NCBI GenBank assembly: GCA_051530055.1
Contig: CM121342.1
Span: 4,959,489 to 5,023,488, forward strand
Source of the DNA: Neoechinorhynchus agilis
Taxonomy: Eukaryota; Animalia; Acanthocephala
DNA length: 64,000 nucleotides
Direction of reading: 5' to 3'
Below the pieces are notes generated by a model, which worked only from the letters and a program-made list of their open reading frames with translations, made no database searches and was not told where the DNA came from. Both the position numbers and the translations under genes were made by a program. Shown one piece after another: positions 1 through 13,300 of this stretch. How positions within the stretch are numbered: position 1 is the stretch's first letter; every line of letters begins with the position of its first letter.

Positions 1-2
1 AG

Positions 3-2470
3 CTCGATAGACTAACTGACCGAGCCAATAACTTGGAAGTTACCAAAAAAGCGATTTTATGTCGACTCAATGAAATCGAACTTTGTGACTGTTCACACCA
101 AAAAAACGAAACTGGAGTCAAGTTTCGCAAAACGAAAAATGCCATAAAAATCATTTATCCCAATGAGTTTACGACCATTGTAGCCATTAGACCGGGCGTT
201 ACATTGATTCAATCGCTAGAGAAGAAATTCGAGCTCTATAAAGACAAAGGCGCAAAATCCGGGTCGAAACCAAATAAATTAAAGCCGATCTGTTTACCTT
301 CAAGGTACTCGTTCTTTTCTGTTGGGAAACAATTATTTAAAAAGGAATTTATAGAATACCGATCGATTGGGATACTTTATTGACAGATATAAACGCAGCG
401 GAGATCATTATTGAAAAACAACACGAATCAAACCATGTTCTTGTAAGAGTTGCCTTTTTTTAGTGATCTCTACTTTTAAACACTGATTTAGAAGCGAATT
501 GCAGTCTTTTTGCCTCCAGTTGTCTGTTCTATGTGCCATCACTTGATGTTTTTCGGACGACGTTGTTGTTCGTGCTCTTTTGCGATCCATGCTCGTTGTA
601 GCAACATAAAATCAAATCGTAGCTCAAAACTCTTTTCTACTCCAAAATCTGCTTCGTATATTAACAACAACAACGGAGACTCACTTGATGATCTGTGTCC
701 GCAATCGAGCGAAATAAATTCGAGTTCAGATGACAATTTAATTCTTCGGAATAAACGTAACACAAACTCAACTGGCTCTCAAGGTAGTAATGGATGTGAC
801 GAGGAGTCACCAATGGGAACCGGCCAGTTCTTTTCAACGGTATCTTCACTGATTTTGGTCTCGTATTAAAAACGTATTCAATTAGGATTCTCTTCGTCGT
901 GAAGATGAGTCGAATGTATTGGGATTTCGGATGCCGGATTTACTTTTGCCTGATTGGCAACCGACAGAGAAGATTTGCTCCTCGAATCCTTCATCGCCAA
1001 AGTCAATGCGCTCTAAGCTTCACTTTAAAGGAATTCATGGCGCCTCCAAAGAGTCAACCTTCACTTCTTATCACGTTTGCCTGAAATCAATTTTGTGCCA
1101 GACTTCAAAAATAAATCAATTTAGGTGCAAACAGCTAATTGGGAAATTGCATACGATGAAATCATTCGAAAGGAGAGACGTATTGGTTCGGGATCATTCG
1201 GAACCGTTTATGAAGCAGAATTACTCAATCATGGTAAATCGTTTCTACAAACTTTTTCCCCTTTAAATGTTGATTTATAGGCCGTGTCGCCATAAAAGAA
1301 CTCAATATCTCGGACCCAAGTCATACCAAATTGGAGAAGTTTAAAAATGAAGTCATTGCTTTAAAGTGAGATTTCCAGCACTCGGTTTTCCCAGGTCAAA
1401 AAACTCAATTTCTAAGGAAGTGTCGGCATAGGAATATCGTCTCATTTCTTGGATACACATCAAAACCATCTCTCTCGATCATTACCGAATGGTGTAGTGG
1501 CTCAAGTCTGTACCAATATATCCATGTAAATGATCAAACATTAACGACCCTGATTGTGACTGAAATGGGAAAGCAGATTTGTCAAGGAATGTGGTCTGTA
1601 TTCTTCTTCTTTTAATTACCAATCGTACAAAGAAATTTTTAGCTACTTGCATTCGAGGGACATTATTCATCGAGATTTGAAATCGAATAGTATCCTTTTT
1701 TCTCTCAGGACTTCTTAATCATTATTTTTGTTTTCCTTAACACCACGAAAACAACAGATATCTTTCTTCAACGAGAAAACAACGAAGACCTTTTGGTAAA
1801 AATTGGAGACATGGGCTTGGCAACGGTGAAGAAGTCCGTTTGCGTGAACGATCGTTCATTACGGCACCCCACTGGCTCAATACAATGGATGGTTTGTCGC
1901 TTCTATCTATCATAAAACAAATAATTGTTTTATTTTCGAGGCTCCCGAGATCATTCGAATGGAAGTCGAAGACCCTTACACCGTTCAATCGGACGTTTAC
2001 GCATTTGGAATAGTTTTATATGAACTGGTAGCCGGTAGGTTGCCGTACAGTCAACTGGACTTAACACGTGATCAGGTAAGATCTTTGAACTTCTAAAATG
2101 TATCTTATTTTTCAGCATAGATTCTTTTTATGGTTGGATCCGGCAGGCTTAGTCCAAGTAGCGGAGACGCGAGGTCCGGTACTCCGAAATTGCTTCATAG
2201 GTACATTGAGAGATGTTGTTTGGGTAGGATTCTGGTATATGGTACGAATGTATTCAGAATTGTACCCATAAATTTGACAGAAACGAGCGTTGTTCATTCG
2301 ATGAGGTATCTTGAAAAAGTAACGAAAGCCTGGATTATGCTTATCGAGTTTAGGTTCTGCGTGGTATAGCCCAATTGGAATCCGAATTGCCAAGGATTAA
2401 ACGGTCTCAATCTCTCAATATTGCACCTCGCTTCATGCAATCGAAACATTGTTCTCTTTCAAAGATCTAA
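3..2470 (+). CDS. raf: Raf serine/threonine kinase, multi-exon, 5' end outside the window
   Basis: The frame is open from base 3. Spliced exons give an RBD-like segment (AIKIIYPNEFTTIVAIRPGVTL), a Raf-type C1 domain (CSMC-x9-CCSC-x4-H-x2-C) and a kinase domain: WEIAYDEI...IGSGSFGTVY, VAIK, HRDLKSNNIFL, KIGDMGLATVK, GSIQWM-APE, SDVYAFGIVLYEL. The tail is LPRIKRSQSL and the stop is at 2468-2470. Confidence 0.92.
1690..1757 (+). other. U12-type (minor spliceosome) GT-AG intron in raf
   Basis: 5' site GTATCCTTTT at 1690, branch point TTTTCCTTAAC at 1731-1741, AG at 1756-1757. Removing the intron restores HRDLKSN-N-IFL (phase 1). Confidence 0.9.
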
Positions 2471-4301
2471 GGAGCGAAAAACTGCTGATTGATTTGTGTA
2501 TAGGTGGATCCGTTGTTTTTTTTGATGATCTGATTACATTATTTAAGCTGAAAAGAACCGAGCGAAATTGAGTGTGACACAAACGAATTAAGATTTCTTA
2601 TTAGGATTCGCGACCACAAGACGAAGATTCAAGGCTGATAACCTGATGGAGTGGGCGAATGGTCAATTATATGGTCCCGTCAACTAGATTCTTATCTCGT
2701 CTACTCTTTACGAACATCGTCGCCGCTTAGTTTTTCGTGGAACCATGATAATTGAATTTGGCCGTCCTCTAATTCACTGGATTCTCAACGCTGCAACCTA
2801 ATGAAATTCGATATGGTGCTTAATGCGAAAACAAATTCATTTTCTCTCTTAGGGGCCCGTCTAGATCTAAGTTTCACAAAATTGACAGCAAATCTCATCT
2901 GTCTCATTCTTCTTTTTCTCAGCATGCTTCACAAATTGGGTTAAGTCGATTGCTTCGAAAACAAACGAAGGATAGTGGTGTTGTGCTAGAAGAGAAAAGA
3001 GACTACCATCTTTCTCCTTAACGTAAAAAAACTTGTGCTGAAAGGGTTCAGCTCTTTCAAAATCACGAGATTTTCATAGTAATATAAAGGTACTATTGTC
3101 TACAACAAATCTAGACCTTTAAACTGCCTACAAAAATAATTCAGTGAAGCATTTTTTGTCTAGAATTCATCACTACTAATTTTTTTATTTTCTCGTTCAA
3201 TCCAATCAATACTAGTCTTATTATTACAATACGAAATGTCATTAATTTTTCGTTTTTCTTAATGCTGAATAAATCATCTAAAAACATTAATTCCGTTAAA
3301 CTGCGTTTTTGATTAGCGTTGATTTCCTTCCAGGAAACCGAATTGTTCCTTTAAGAAAATATAAGAAAAAAAATTTACATATTACCAACGGTCAAAATAC
3401 TGTCTCCTGGTCGACAGCGTTTGCCTCCATAATCAAAGCTCTCGACAATTCGATAATTTTCTATGAGGTCGAAGATGAATTGCATGGTGTCAAAAAAGGT
3501 CAAAGAATGGTTTTAAACAATGAAATCGAGAACTGTTGGGAGTTTTTCTTCTTCCAATGGTGCACCACGCGGATTTTATTGACGACCACAAAAGCCTTAA
3601 ATCATCTTCATTATTAGATTTCTTTTGCTATTTGATCCACTAAAGTGCACTGTTTTGCAACAATGCGAATCAAATGGATCACAATTCTCTAAGACAAAAA
3701 TGAATGAGATCTTGCAAGGTGCCTAGAGCTATAACCTCCACAATTACTCTTTTTTTTGCGGGAGGAGACTGCGTTGTCAGATTTTATGTAATGTTTACAC
3801 ACACACACATAAATAGCCCAGATTAAATATTTCAAAAGAGATCTAAGAGTGTACTTTTTATAGGTTTTCTAAAAATCAATTAAAACAATCGTTAATTTTC
3901 CCTCTACAAATGTTACCGATTGTCATTTAAAAAAAAGAAGAGTTAACAGGTTAATCAAAATTATCCATGAATGTTACGATGGATTGTTTGAGTGTTTTTT
4001 TAAAGACATTGCTTCGTATTTTCTGGTTCCGTCGATAATGGCGGCACTAGTGCTACAGCCATTATTAGCTTTAGATATGCAGATTTAATTTTATGAAGTG
4101 GTTATTTAAAACTAGTTGATTGCCCAATTGGGAATACGAACTCTGGTATCCGTTCGTCGGGCTGAAGCAATTCACCATGCACACAAAAAAATCTGAGAAA
4201 CGTTTGCAATTGAATTGTTTTGCCCGTTGTCTCAAGAAGACCCGCTTGATATAAACTACTTTGAATCCGAAAATAGAGACAATTGTTTCTTTAGGCCACA
4301 A

Positions 4302-7300
4302 ATGATTGTTGCACTCTTTTCAATGTTACTGATATTCAGCTGCTTCAAAAAAGGTATTTTGTTTCTTTTCTTCTTGTATTTAAAGCACTACATTTCTCAG
4401 TTTGTCAGTCCACTTTGACAATCGATCAAATCGATAACCGAACATATTCTCTATTACCGTATTCGCCTGTACCTTCGTATATATGCTGCACAGTCCGTCC
4501 TTCATCAATACGAGATCATCTAAGGATTAATTGGGAACGAGACCGACGTTCAAGTGGTACCGCCATACCGGCTGAACAGTATACTCTAAGATATTTACAA
4601 CTAAACCATTCTTCAATGGAAAACACGCGTTGTCTTGAGTTATATTCAAGGCGACCCGTTCAAGATACCATCTTTTGTAGTGTTCAATCAAATGAAGACA
4701 CTGTTAACAAGAGTGTACATGTTCGATTTGTATCGCAAGAGTCAGGTTTATTTTTTTTGAAAAAAGTGTACAAATTCAAAAACTTTCTCACACAGATCCT
4801 GAAACGTACGCACTTTTGCCAAAAATAGAGCTTCGGATCAACCAACAGCAACGTCGTGGAATCGCCGCCGATTTGGGATCGTCCTTAGCTCTTGTCTGTA
4901 CTGTAGTAACAACCAATCTTTCTCCTTTACACTCAATTCGTTGGTATACGAAGAAAAAGGTCGAAGGTGAAGACGTCTTGGACGAAATCCACAATGGAAA
5001 CAGGTTCCGTCTGTTGCAAAATCAACTTGATTTCACATACTCAAGTACATTGTCCAGAAAATCAAAATTCGGTAAAATTAGCTCTCTCTCTTGGATAGGC
5101 ACACTTCAAATCTTGGATGTACAAAATGAGGACGCTGGGACTTATATGTGTGAAGCAACTAATAGACACGGATCCGCAGTGTCCACTGCTACGAGGATTG
5201 CGATTAGGGGTCAGTAATGGGTGCACAATTGGCGTTTGTTTAGTGTCGGGGAAAATTTATCAATATCTGCATCAATTTTATCCAAGGTTGCTTTCGAATG
5301 GTTTTTACGATTTTTATTAATGGCGAATTTTTTCGAGGCCTTAGCCTCCTCATCAGACATCTAAAAGGGGAAATTCAGTCAGACGTCATCCAATCTCGCT
5401 ATCTGGAGAGCCAATCCTCTCGTGGCGATTCACACCCAGAGAATCCGTTTTATTTTGTAAGATTTCGAGTCATCTCAAAAACATGGCCCTTCGAAATATT
5501 ACAAAATAAAACTGATTCTCGCGGTGTGAATCGCTACACCCGAATGTTATCATGAAAGATATTTGCATCGATCTTTTTTTCTCGTAAGGAACATTGAAAT
5601 TGTTTAGTATCAAAAAGATAGTTTGCTTTAGTTTCTTTTTTTTTGATGTGAACATGGAAACGTGTGTTCCCCAATGATTTTTGGCTTTACGAAATATCTG
5701 AAGGGCTCACTTGTTTTCATCTGAAGATAATCAAGAATTTGTTATAAACAACTAAAAAACGAATCTTTTCTTCGAAACACAGGGCAAAAAATCCCAGTAA
5801 AAATTTTGCATCCGCGTTCGGATAACGTCTTCAGCGTCCACTATGGAGAATCAAGAATTTTAAGATGCCAAGCAATCGGTATGCCTGTTCCACACACGGA
5901 TTGGTATAAAGGTCACTACAAGCTTTTTCTTCGGAAAACTTGAATTTAAATGATAAATGAATAGATGGGAATCGCTTACAACCGGATGACATGTATCAAC
6001 CGGAACTGGCTGTCATTACCGTGAATATAACCAACCACAGCGAATATGAATGCATAAGTAGAAATGCTTTTAGTACTGATAAACGTTCTATAACGTTTCA
6101 ACTAAAAGGTTCGTATTTTTAAACACAAAGAATTTTCATTGGAATCCTAATGATCCGGGAACGGTCAATGTCGTTTTTAAAATCGTGACCGTCGTCCCAT
6201 TAGTTTTCAGCATCCATTGGCACGGGAGAGAGAGGTAACAACAGGGCTATAAAAACTTAAATTTGAATGTGACCGGAAAATGAAGGCGAATTTGCACATA
6301 AAGCTTACGGCCATTTTCTAAGATTTACGATTCCAATATGTAAACGATTATCTGAGGTCCGTGTTGCGTTAGTTGGAGTTCAAGAATTTGAACGGATCGT
6401 GAATCTTCTGATGGCATTTAAGTCTTTCCTTCAATCGTCGCCAAATTATAAAAATTTCTTTAGATTGAATTATATCCTTTATTTTAGAGTATCAAACACG
6501 GCCTGTTGCTACAATCGTCAGTGTAGATTGTGATTCGGTTAAAATATCGGTATATTCAACGCTAAAAGCAACCGCAATTAAAGGTCGAATCGATACCATT
6601 GGAAATGACGGAACATGGGTTTATGGTCGAGAGGAGATCCTCGATGCCGATGAAGCCATTCATCGAGTAAGTTCGATTGAATTATGTTATCACCCACACC
6701 CACTTATTTCTAGATTACCGATTTGCAGCCGAACCAAGACTATCGCATCACAGTCGACGTCCAAGACTCAAACGGGATTCAAATGACATCTCTACCAGTG
6801 GAATTCCAGACCAGTTCACCAGTTCCAAATTGCACTATTACCGATCTCTCCGTGATTCAACGAGGCGAAGATTTCATTGAGTTAAATTGGTCAAAATGCG
6901 CAAACAATGAAGATTTAGTACGTAGATTTTCGAAGTTTCTCGATTCCATCGATTTAATCCGTGTTTTTCTTCAAAGAATTACGTTGTTCTCTTTATGCGT
7001 CAACAAGAGCCGAGTTCATCGGTGGTTCATTGGAACAAACTGTATTATTCGCCTCAAACGCGTCCTGTAATCAGCAATCTGTATCCGAATTCTAGCTATA
7101 TCCTCTATGTAATTCCCGTTAATTCGTCGTACGGTGCTGGATCAGTTTCAAATGCTGCGACGGCCGTTACTTTGCCTTTGAAAGCTATTGATCTCAAATT
7201 CTATCCAAATGAAGCGGGTTATGATCTCAGTTGGACAATGCCGAAGGATACTGCTGTGTCTCATTACATTCTTAAGTACAATCAATTGAGCCCGGACTCA

Positions 7301-10300
7301 TTGGCGAATTCAACAGAAGAGGAGTTTGTGCTTAAAACTAACAATTTCCGCGTCCCTCAAGTTGCTAGAAACATTCAAGTTAAGGCGTTCAATAGAGATC
7401 TTCAGTTAGCAACAAGTGACTTCATATTACGCCAGTCTGCAGGTAGGTTCATGTTATGACCTCTTTTGGGGGGAGAAATCAGCATTATCTGAGTTCACGT
7501 AACTCTGTCATCTTAGGTTGCATCCGTCTTTTGTCATAGTCGAGACTTGTGTACGTGTAAATCAAGCAGAACCCCCCCCCCCAAAAGAAACCCGCTAAGA
7601 GAATTCGTTCATTCGAGTTCGCGTTAATTTTTTTTATAAAACGACACAAAAAAGATGGATGAAAATGTCGCAAATGCGATCATCCGTTTCGTCTATTGTT
7701 GGCACGGATCACTCCTCCGTAGGACAAAAGATTGCCCATACTTCCGCAAATGATTTTGTTTTATGTTCGATCTAAACCTAATGACCGACACCCATTGATA
7801 TGCACGGTTCTTTAATCTCAGATAATCTCTGTAAATTTTTTATGCCTGGTCCAAAGAGCAGGACTTTCCCTTCTATTTCGCAGACACATATTTGCTACTA
7901 AGTATGTCAAATTAAGCACGAGAACTGAAATGTATCTAAATTTGATAATATTAGCATAATATACAAGTGAAGGGATTCGCACTCTGGGACGATGCTTATA
8001 ACCGAGGTCTTCGTGCGTTGACGGAAATGTGTAGATGACTCTTAAGTTTGTCTCAAAACATTCAATTGTTGGCCATTTGTGTATGCTTTTTTCGTGTCAT
8101 TCTAAAGGACTCTCGTTTTTCCTCATAAGATGTCTTAGGCTTTTCCAAAAGTTACATCCGTAAAAAGAACCTGCGATATGTGAAAGTTCGTTTTTGGGGG
8201 ACGTCTAAGCAAACTATTTTTTCCGTTTTGTGACCTAATTCGAAATCGGCAATCATTTGTGCACTTTGGGGCAAAAACAACAACAACAACAACAACTATC
8301 GTCCATCCGACAATACAAATTTTAGTAATTAACTCTTTTTTTAGTGTGGAGGATTCAAAAATTCACTAAGTTATTTTATGAACGGATCGGGCAACATATT
8401 CTGCCTTTATCAAGGGAAAAAAAGCCAGTATATCAGTTTAAAATTGCGAAATCGCCAAGGCAGTGGTGCCCGTCCTGTGGGGGCGAAAATGTCGGAATTA
8501 TCCGAGAGATCGGGCAAATATAGATTAGTTGAATTTTTGAATCCTACGAACGTGGCAAAACTAAGAAAGCTAAATTAATAATCTGACAAGGCGATTTCTG
8601 AGACCTTGCACAAAATTGGGTTTCTGTTATTGATGTTGTCGTCGTGGTCGAACTGAAAACTTGGAAGATATTGCTCAAAAAAAGTATTCATCCACGAGAC
8701 TGCCCCGTAACCATTGGCTTCCATCGATGCTAGAGAAATCCGCATGAGACTTGTGGGTAGGCCATTAGGGACCGCATCCATCGCCTCTAATAGTTCTTGC
8801 CTTTCGTCGGTCGCTAGTTTACGTCTCTCGTCTTTGCCAATGACTGGTGGCTATGTGTAAACACCTAGGTCTCCTGCGCCTTTAGCGAATTCAGTCACAT
8901 TGGCGCCAGCATTACGATGTATTAGCGATGATCGCGCACTCAATGACCGTTTTGATCGTCAATTAATCGACCAATTCTTGGTACTAAGCCGTCATGTTTG
9001 ATCTCGTCGATAAAATGTCACCTTTTTTGTTCGGCTACCTTACTCGATGGTATCTTGATCAAAAAAGAGCTTTTTTAGAAGTCTTTATCGGGTGAAGAAC
9101 GTTTTTTTCTGCACTAAAGACGTTCCCAATCTCATCAGGTAGCGTCTTTTCCCGTCGACGAAATTCGAAACGTCTTTAATATAACGATCTTTACCGGACG
9201 AAGACTTCTAAATCACACTCGAAAACTGGTGATTAACCAGCCTCCCGACAAAATTCGAAACGTTCTTTACCGGATGAACACTTCTAAATCAATTATTGCC
9301 ACTTTTTGATCTTCTTTACCGTGCTCTGATAAATTTTTTCGCAACCATTGAACTACACTAGTTTTTGCGTCTGAATTGTCTTTCACTCGATAGCGCACCT
9401 ACATTCTTAATAGACGAAGAAAAAAAAGACTCTAAGAATGAACGATTCTTCGACTATGTTGGTTTCGCCAAGTTTCCTCTAATGATTGTTCCGCCCCATT
9501 CGTTGTCAGATCAACAACAACAAAAAGAGACCCATTTTAATTTTGTCAAACTCATGCTAAAATATGCTGTTCATAATGGTCATTATCGAAACCGTCTTAG
9601 GTCTATACGCTCCCGATCAACCGAAACAACTACGTGTTCAATCGTTCAATTCAACTTCGATCACGATAGGTTGGCAAAGCATAAAGCTGAGTGCGGTTTC
9701 TTCGGAGCAGACGGATCGTCGTCAACTCGAATGGAATCCTCACAGTTTCATAGTGCGTTATCGGCCATCGAACCAACAAAATCATTGGCACCTTCTCAAT
9801 GTGACGAGAATGGACACTAGCCATCGGACTCATGGATTCTACGAAGCTGTACTGACTGACCTTGTACCTGGGACTCGATACGAGATTGTGATTATCCCGT
9901 ACTACATGCTTAATAACAGCTACATTCTGCGTCCTGGTTCAAACTCTCAAACGTTTACAGCCTACACTGAGCCTAGAAAAGGTAAGTCCGTCCTCGATAT
10001 TTTGTAGCGTTACCATAATGTTTCTTCTATGATATGGAAGGCAAAGCAACGCAGCTCTTTTTTCTACTACATTTTAGTCTCCCTTCACACACACACAACT
10101 ATAAACCAATTTTTACTATTAGACTTTTACGAAAGCGAGCGAGATTCTGCTTCCACATAGTAGTACTCCATGCGTATGCGGCATGCAGTAAACGCAATAG
10201 CATCCTCCTTCTGTCTCTAATTAAAAACTGAAGAAACTTCGAGCCTATAATTCAATTTTGGACCACCATAAATTTTGCATCTTCTTCTTCCATACGACTG

Positions 10301-13300
10301 AAAAAACATAGAACGCTACGATGGCTCATCTAGTTACAACAATCCTTGTTGGCCTACTACTCATCGATGAATCAATCCACTCATCAAAGATCTTCTTGAA
10401 ATTAAACAGTGTTGATGACACAACTGCCAATGTAAGCTGGTCGTTCGTCAATGGAACTAAAAATTTGGAGAATAATGCGCGTAGATCAAGAAGACGGAAA
10501 CGTCCAAAAGTCCTGACCATATTCTACGCCAAACACCAACCAACACCAATATCCGTCCCAAATATCCTTCGAATCGACCTTAGCCCAAAACTCGCGAAAA
10601 AACAAGCCTGGCTCCTCACTGGACTACAACCAGATTCAACGTATCGTATTCAGCTACTGGCCGACAATGATACACTTAGTAGAACCCTCTCTTTTCACAC
10701 TTCATCAGGTTAACATGCAATTTGCCACCTTTTCTCATTTTTCGTGATTTCGCCTTCAAAATGTCTTCATTATGAAGTCTAAATGGTTCATTGGACTTTG
10801 AAAAAATTACAAAGCACTTTTGCAAAAAACGAGTTTCCTGACATGATACGTTTTCTTGATGCAAATCAACTTATGAAATCTTATTAATATTTTCGCATGA
10901 GACACATAAGTCACATTTGTCTCAATTAATAATATTGTTGCATCTTCCTCCTCGGTTTTTAGGCTTGAATCCATTTTTGGATACTGGCAACGCGGACGCT
11001 GGAATCCAGGACCTCAATCTACATTCCACATCGCCTTTTTCAATCAATGTCTCATGGCGAGAACACTTGCGGCCTTCAATCTTTAAAGTCTCATGGTCAC
11101 CGACATCGTGTCCATCGAAGCAAATTGCAATCTGTGCCACCTACGAGCACAATGTTTCCCAATCCTTTCACATTATTCAGGACTTGGCGCCTGGTGTTTC
11201 ATACACAGTTCGTGTATCCAAATTTGACACCCGTTCCAAACAATTCGGTCCACCGACGAATGGAAGCGCAACGACACTGCCGAAAACTCCCCCCACTCCA
11301 TACATTCAATCAGTTTCGCGATATAATGCCTCAAATGCTCGAGTGCAAATCGCAAAGGTCATTAATTATCCCAGAATTCAATACTACATTCTACACTACA
11401 CTGAGGGAATTGTTGTCGATCAATCTTTAAGTTCGATCACACGCCGATCAATCGTAAAGAAGTGGTCAAGTGTCTCTGCTCTATTAAATATGAACCACAA
11501 TCAGAGCCGGTTTATCAATGTAGACGTCGGACGTCTTGACAATCGTTTAACGTATACAATGGCGGTTTCTTGTAGAGCAGAACGATCAGGCGAATTGATT
11601 GAAAGTGACATTTCCCATTTTTACGTTGTCGATGTCGCCCGTGAACTCGGTCCAGTTAAAAAGTACACTTCTCGACTACCGTCGCCGTGGAATCTTACCG
11701 TCGTTGACGGAACCATTCGATCTAACAGTGCTCAGTTGTCATTTAGATACCAAGATAATTTTTATTCGCAGCTGAAAGCGAACTATATTGAAATAGTGTT
11801 CGAGGGTTTTCAATCGTATATTGATTCTCTTGGATTTCCCCAGCGATATCGGGACGCGGGTATTAATAACATCACACTCAGACCAACGTTCTCAGATTCA
11901 ATCACGGACGATCTATACATTTGGATTCTCAGTGCTCTTCTACCAAACGCTCTTTACACTGTGAACGTGAGTGCAGTCGCAAGTCAACCAAACACTTTAA
12001 CCGAAACCAGTTATCCGTCAGCAGTGAGTTTTCATACAAAATACGACGTTCCGCCGTATATTGAAATTCCCTGTTTCTTGAACTCTGATAAAGAAAAACG
12101 AACTGCTTCAATTGGACTCAAGCAAGCCAGTTCAAAAAACGGACCTATCGTCCTTTACTTTATAGTTCTGGAAAGGTTTGATCTTGCCGAACCCTACGGA
12201 ATATCCAGTGCTTATTCATTCCGTGATTCAATTGATCCACATCAAAAGACAGTTGCTATCTTTAATGCATCCACCGGCCTTCCTTCGTTGTTTATTTTGG
12301 GCAATAATAGTAGCTATCAAGAAGTTCATCAAAACAAACATTACAAGTACACCAATGGGCCACTCGATCAGGCCGGAAAGTACCGTGTCAAATTGTGCGT
12401 CCAAGTCGAAGATTTTGGTTCCAGCGGCGACAATGAACCTCTCCTGATCGATTGCAGCTCATATTCAAGTGTTTTCACGCTTTTCAGTACACCAAGGCGA
12501 CGAATTGGCTCAGCCCATCGATTTAGCACAACTGCATCGTTCAATTATTCGATGTCGTGGTTGGTGGCCATCATCATACTCATTATTGTAATACTTTCAA
12601 TCTTTGTAATTCTTATCTTTCAAATCAGGTTAGTGTGCCTTGAAGAATTTGAATTTAAAACTTGGCAATTACACGCTCTTTTTTTCTTGGTAATAAAAAA
12701 ACTAACTATTCCTCGACTTTCAGGAGAGTGAATTCAAGTTCGGTTCGATCATATACGGACGAAAATGGTGACTACTCAAAGCAAGGGCTTCTAGACTCAA
12801 AACTGCAAGCTGTAAAAAAGAAAGCGTCTTTTATTTCAGCTCCATCCGTTAATGATTTTCAAAATATACCTTTAATCAAGAACCAAAGTGCAACACTCAT
12901 TTTGGACGAATTAAGTAATGGCACCACTGTCTCTCAAATGAAACGCACTTCAACGTGCCCAGTGGACCTGTCCATATCGACGAGCAATCCGATTGAAATG
13001 AGCGAGTTTTCATCAGTGCTCGAATGTCTAAAACAGAACGACCAATTCGCCCTTAGCCAAGAATATGACTCAATCGATCCAGGGCAGCAATTTACATGGA
13101 AATTTTCGTTGCTGGACAGCAATCGAGCAAAGAATCGATATGCTAACGTTACCGCATACGATCATTCTCGAGTAATTCTTCAAAGTGCAAATCTTCGTTC
13201 GCCATCCAATGATTTTCCCGAGCAATCGGACGACTACATTAACGCCAACTATATCGATGGATTTTTGAAACCAAGGACCTATATAGCCACACAAGGGCCT

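Noticed and set aside
840-886. Additional U12 introns in raf (GTATCTT donors at 840 and ~2306)
   Set aside because: The donors miss the TCCTT consensus and there is no TCCTTAAC branch point.
1389-1401. 13-mer TCCCAGGTCAAAA shared between a raf intron and the 97-bp array
   Set aside because: A single short match with no flanking similarity; it could be chance.
8575-8960. Minus-strand coding-like fragment inside the long Lar intron
   Set aside because: Interrupted by stops and with no family motif recognised.
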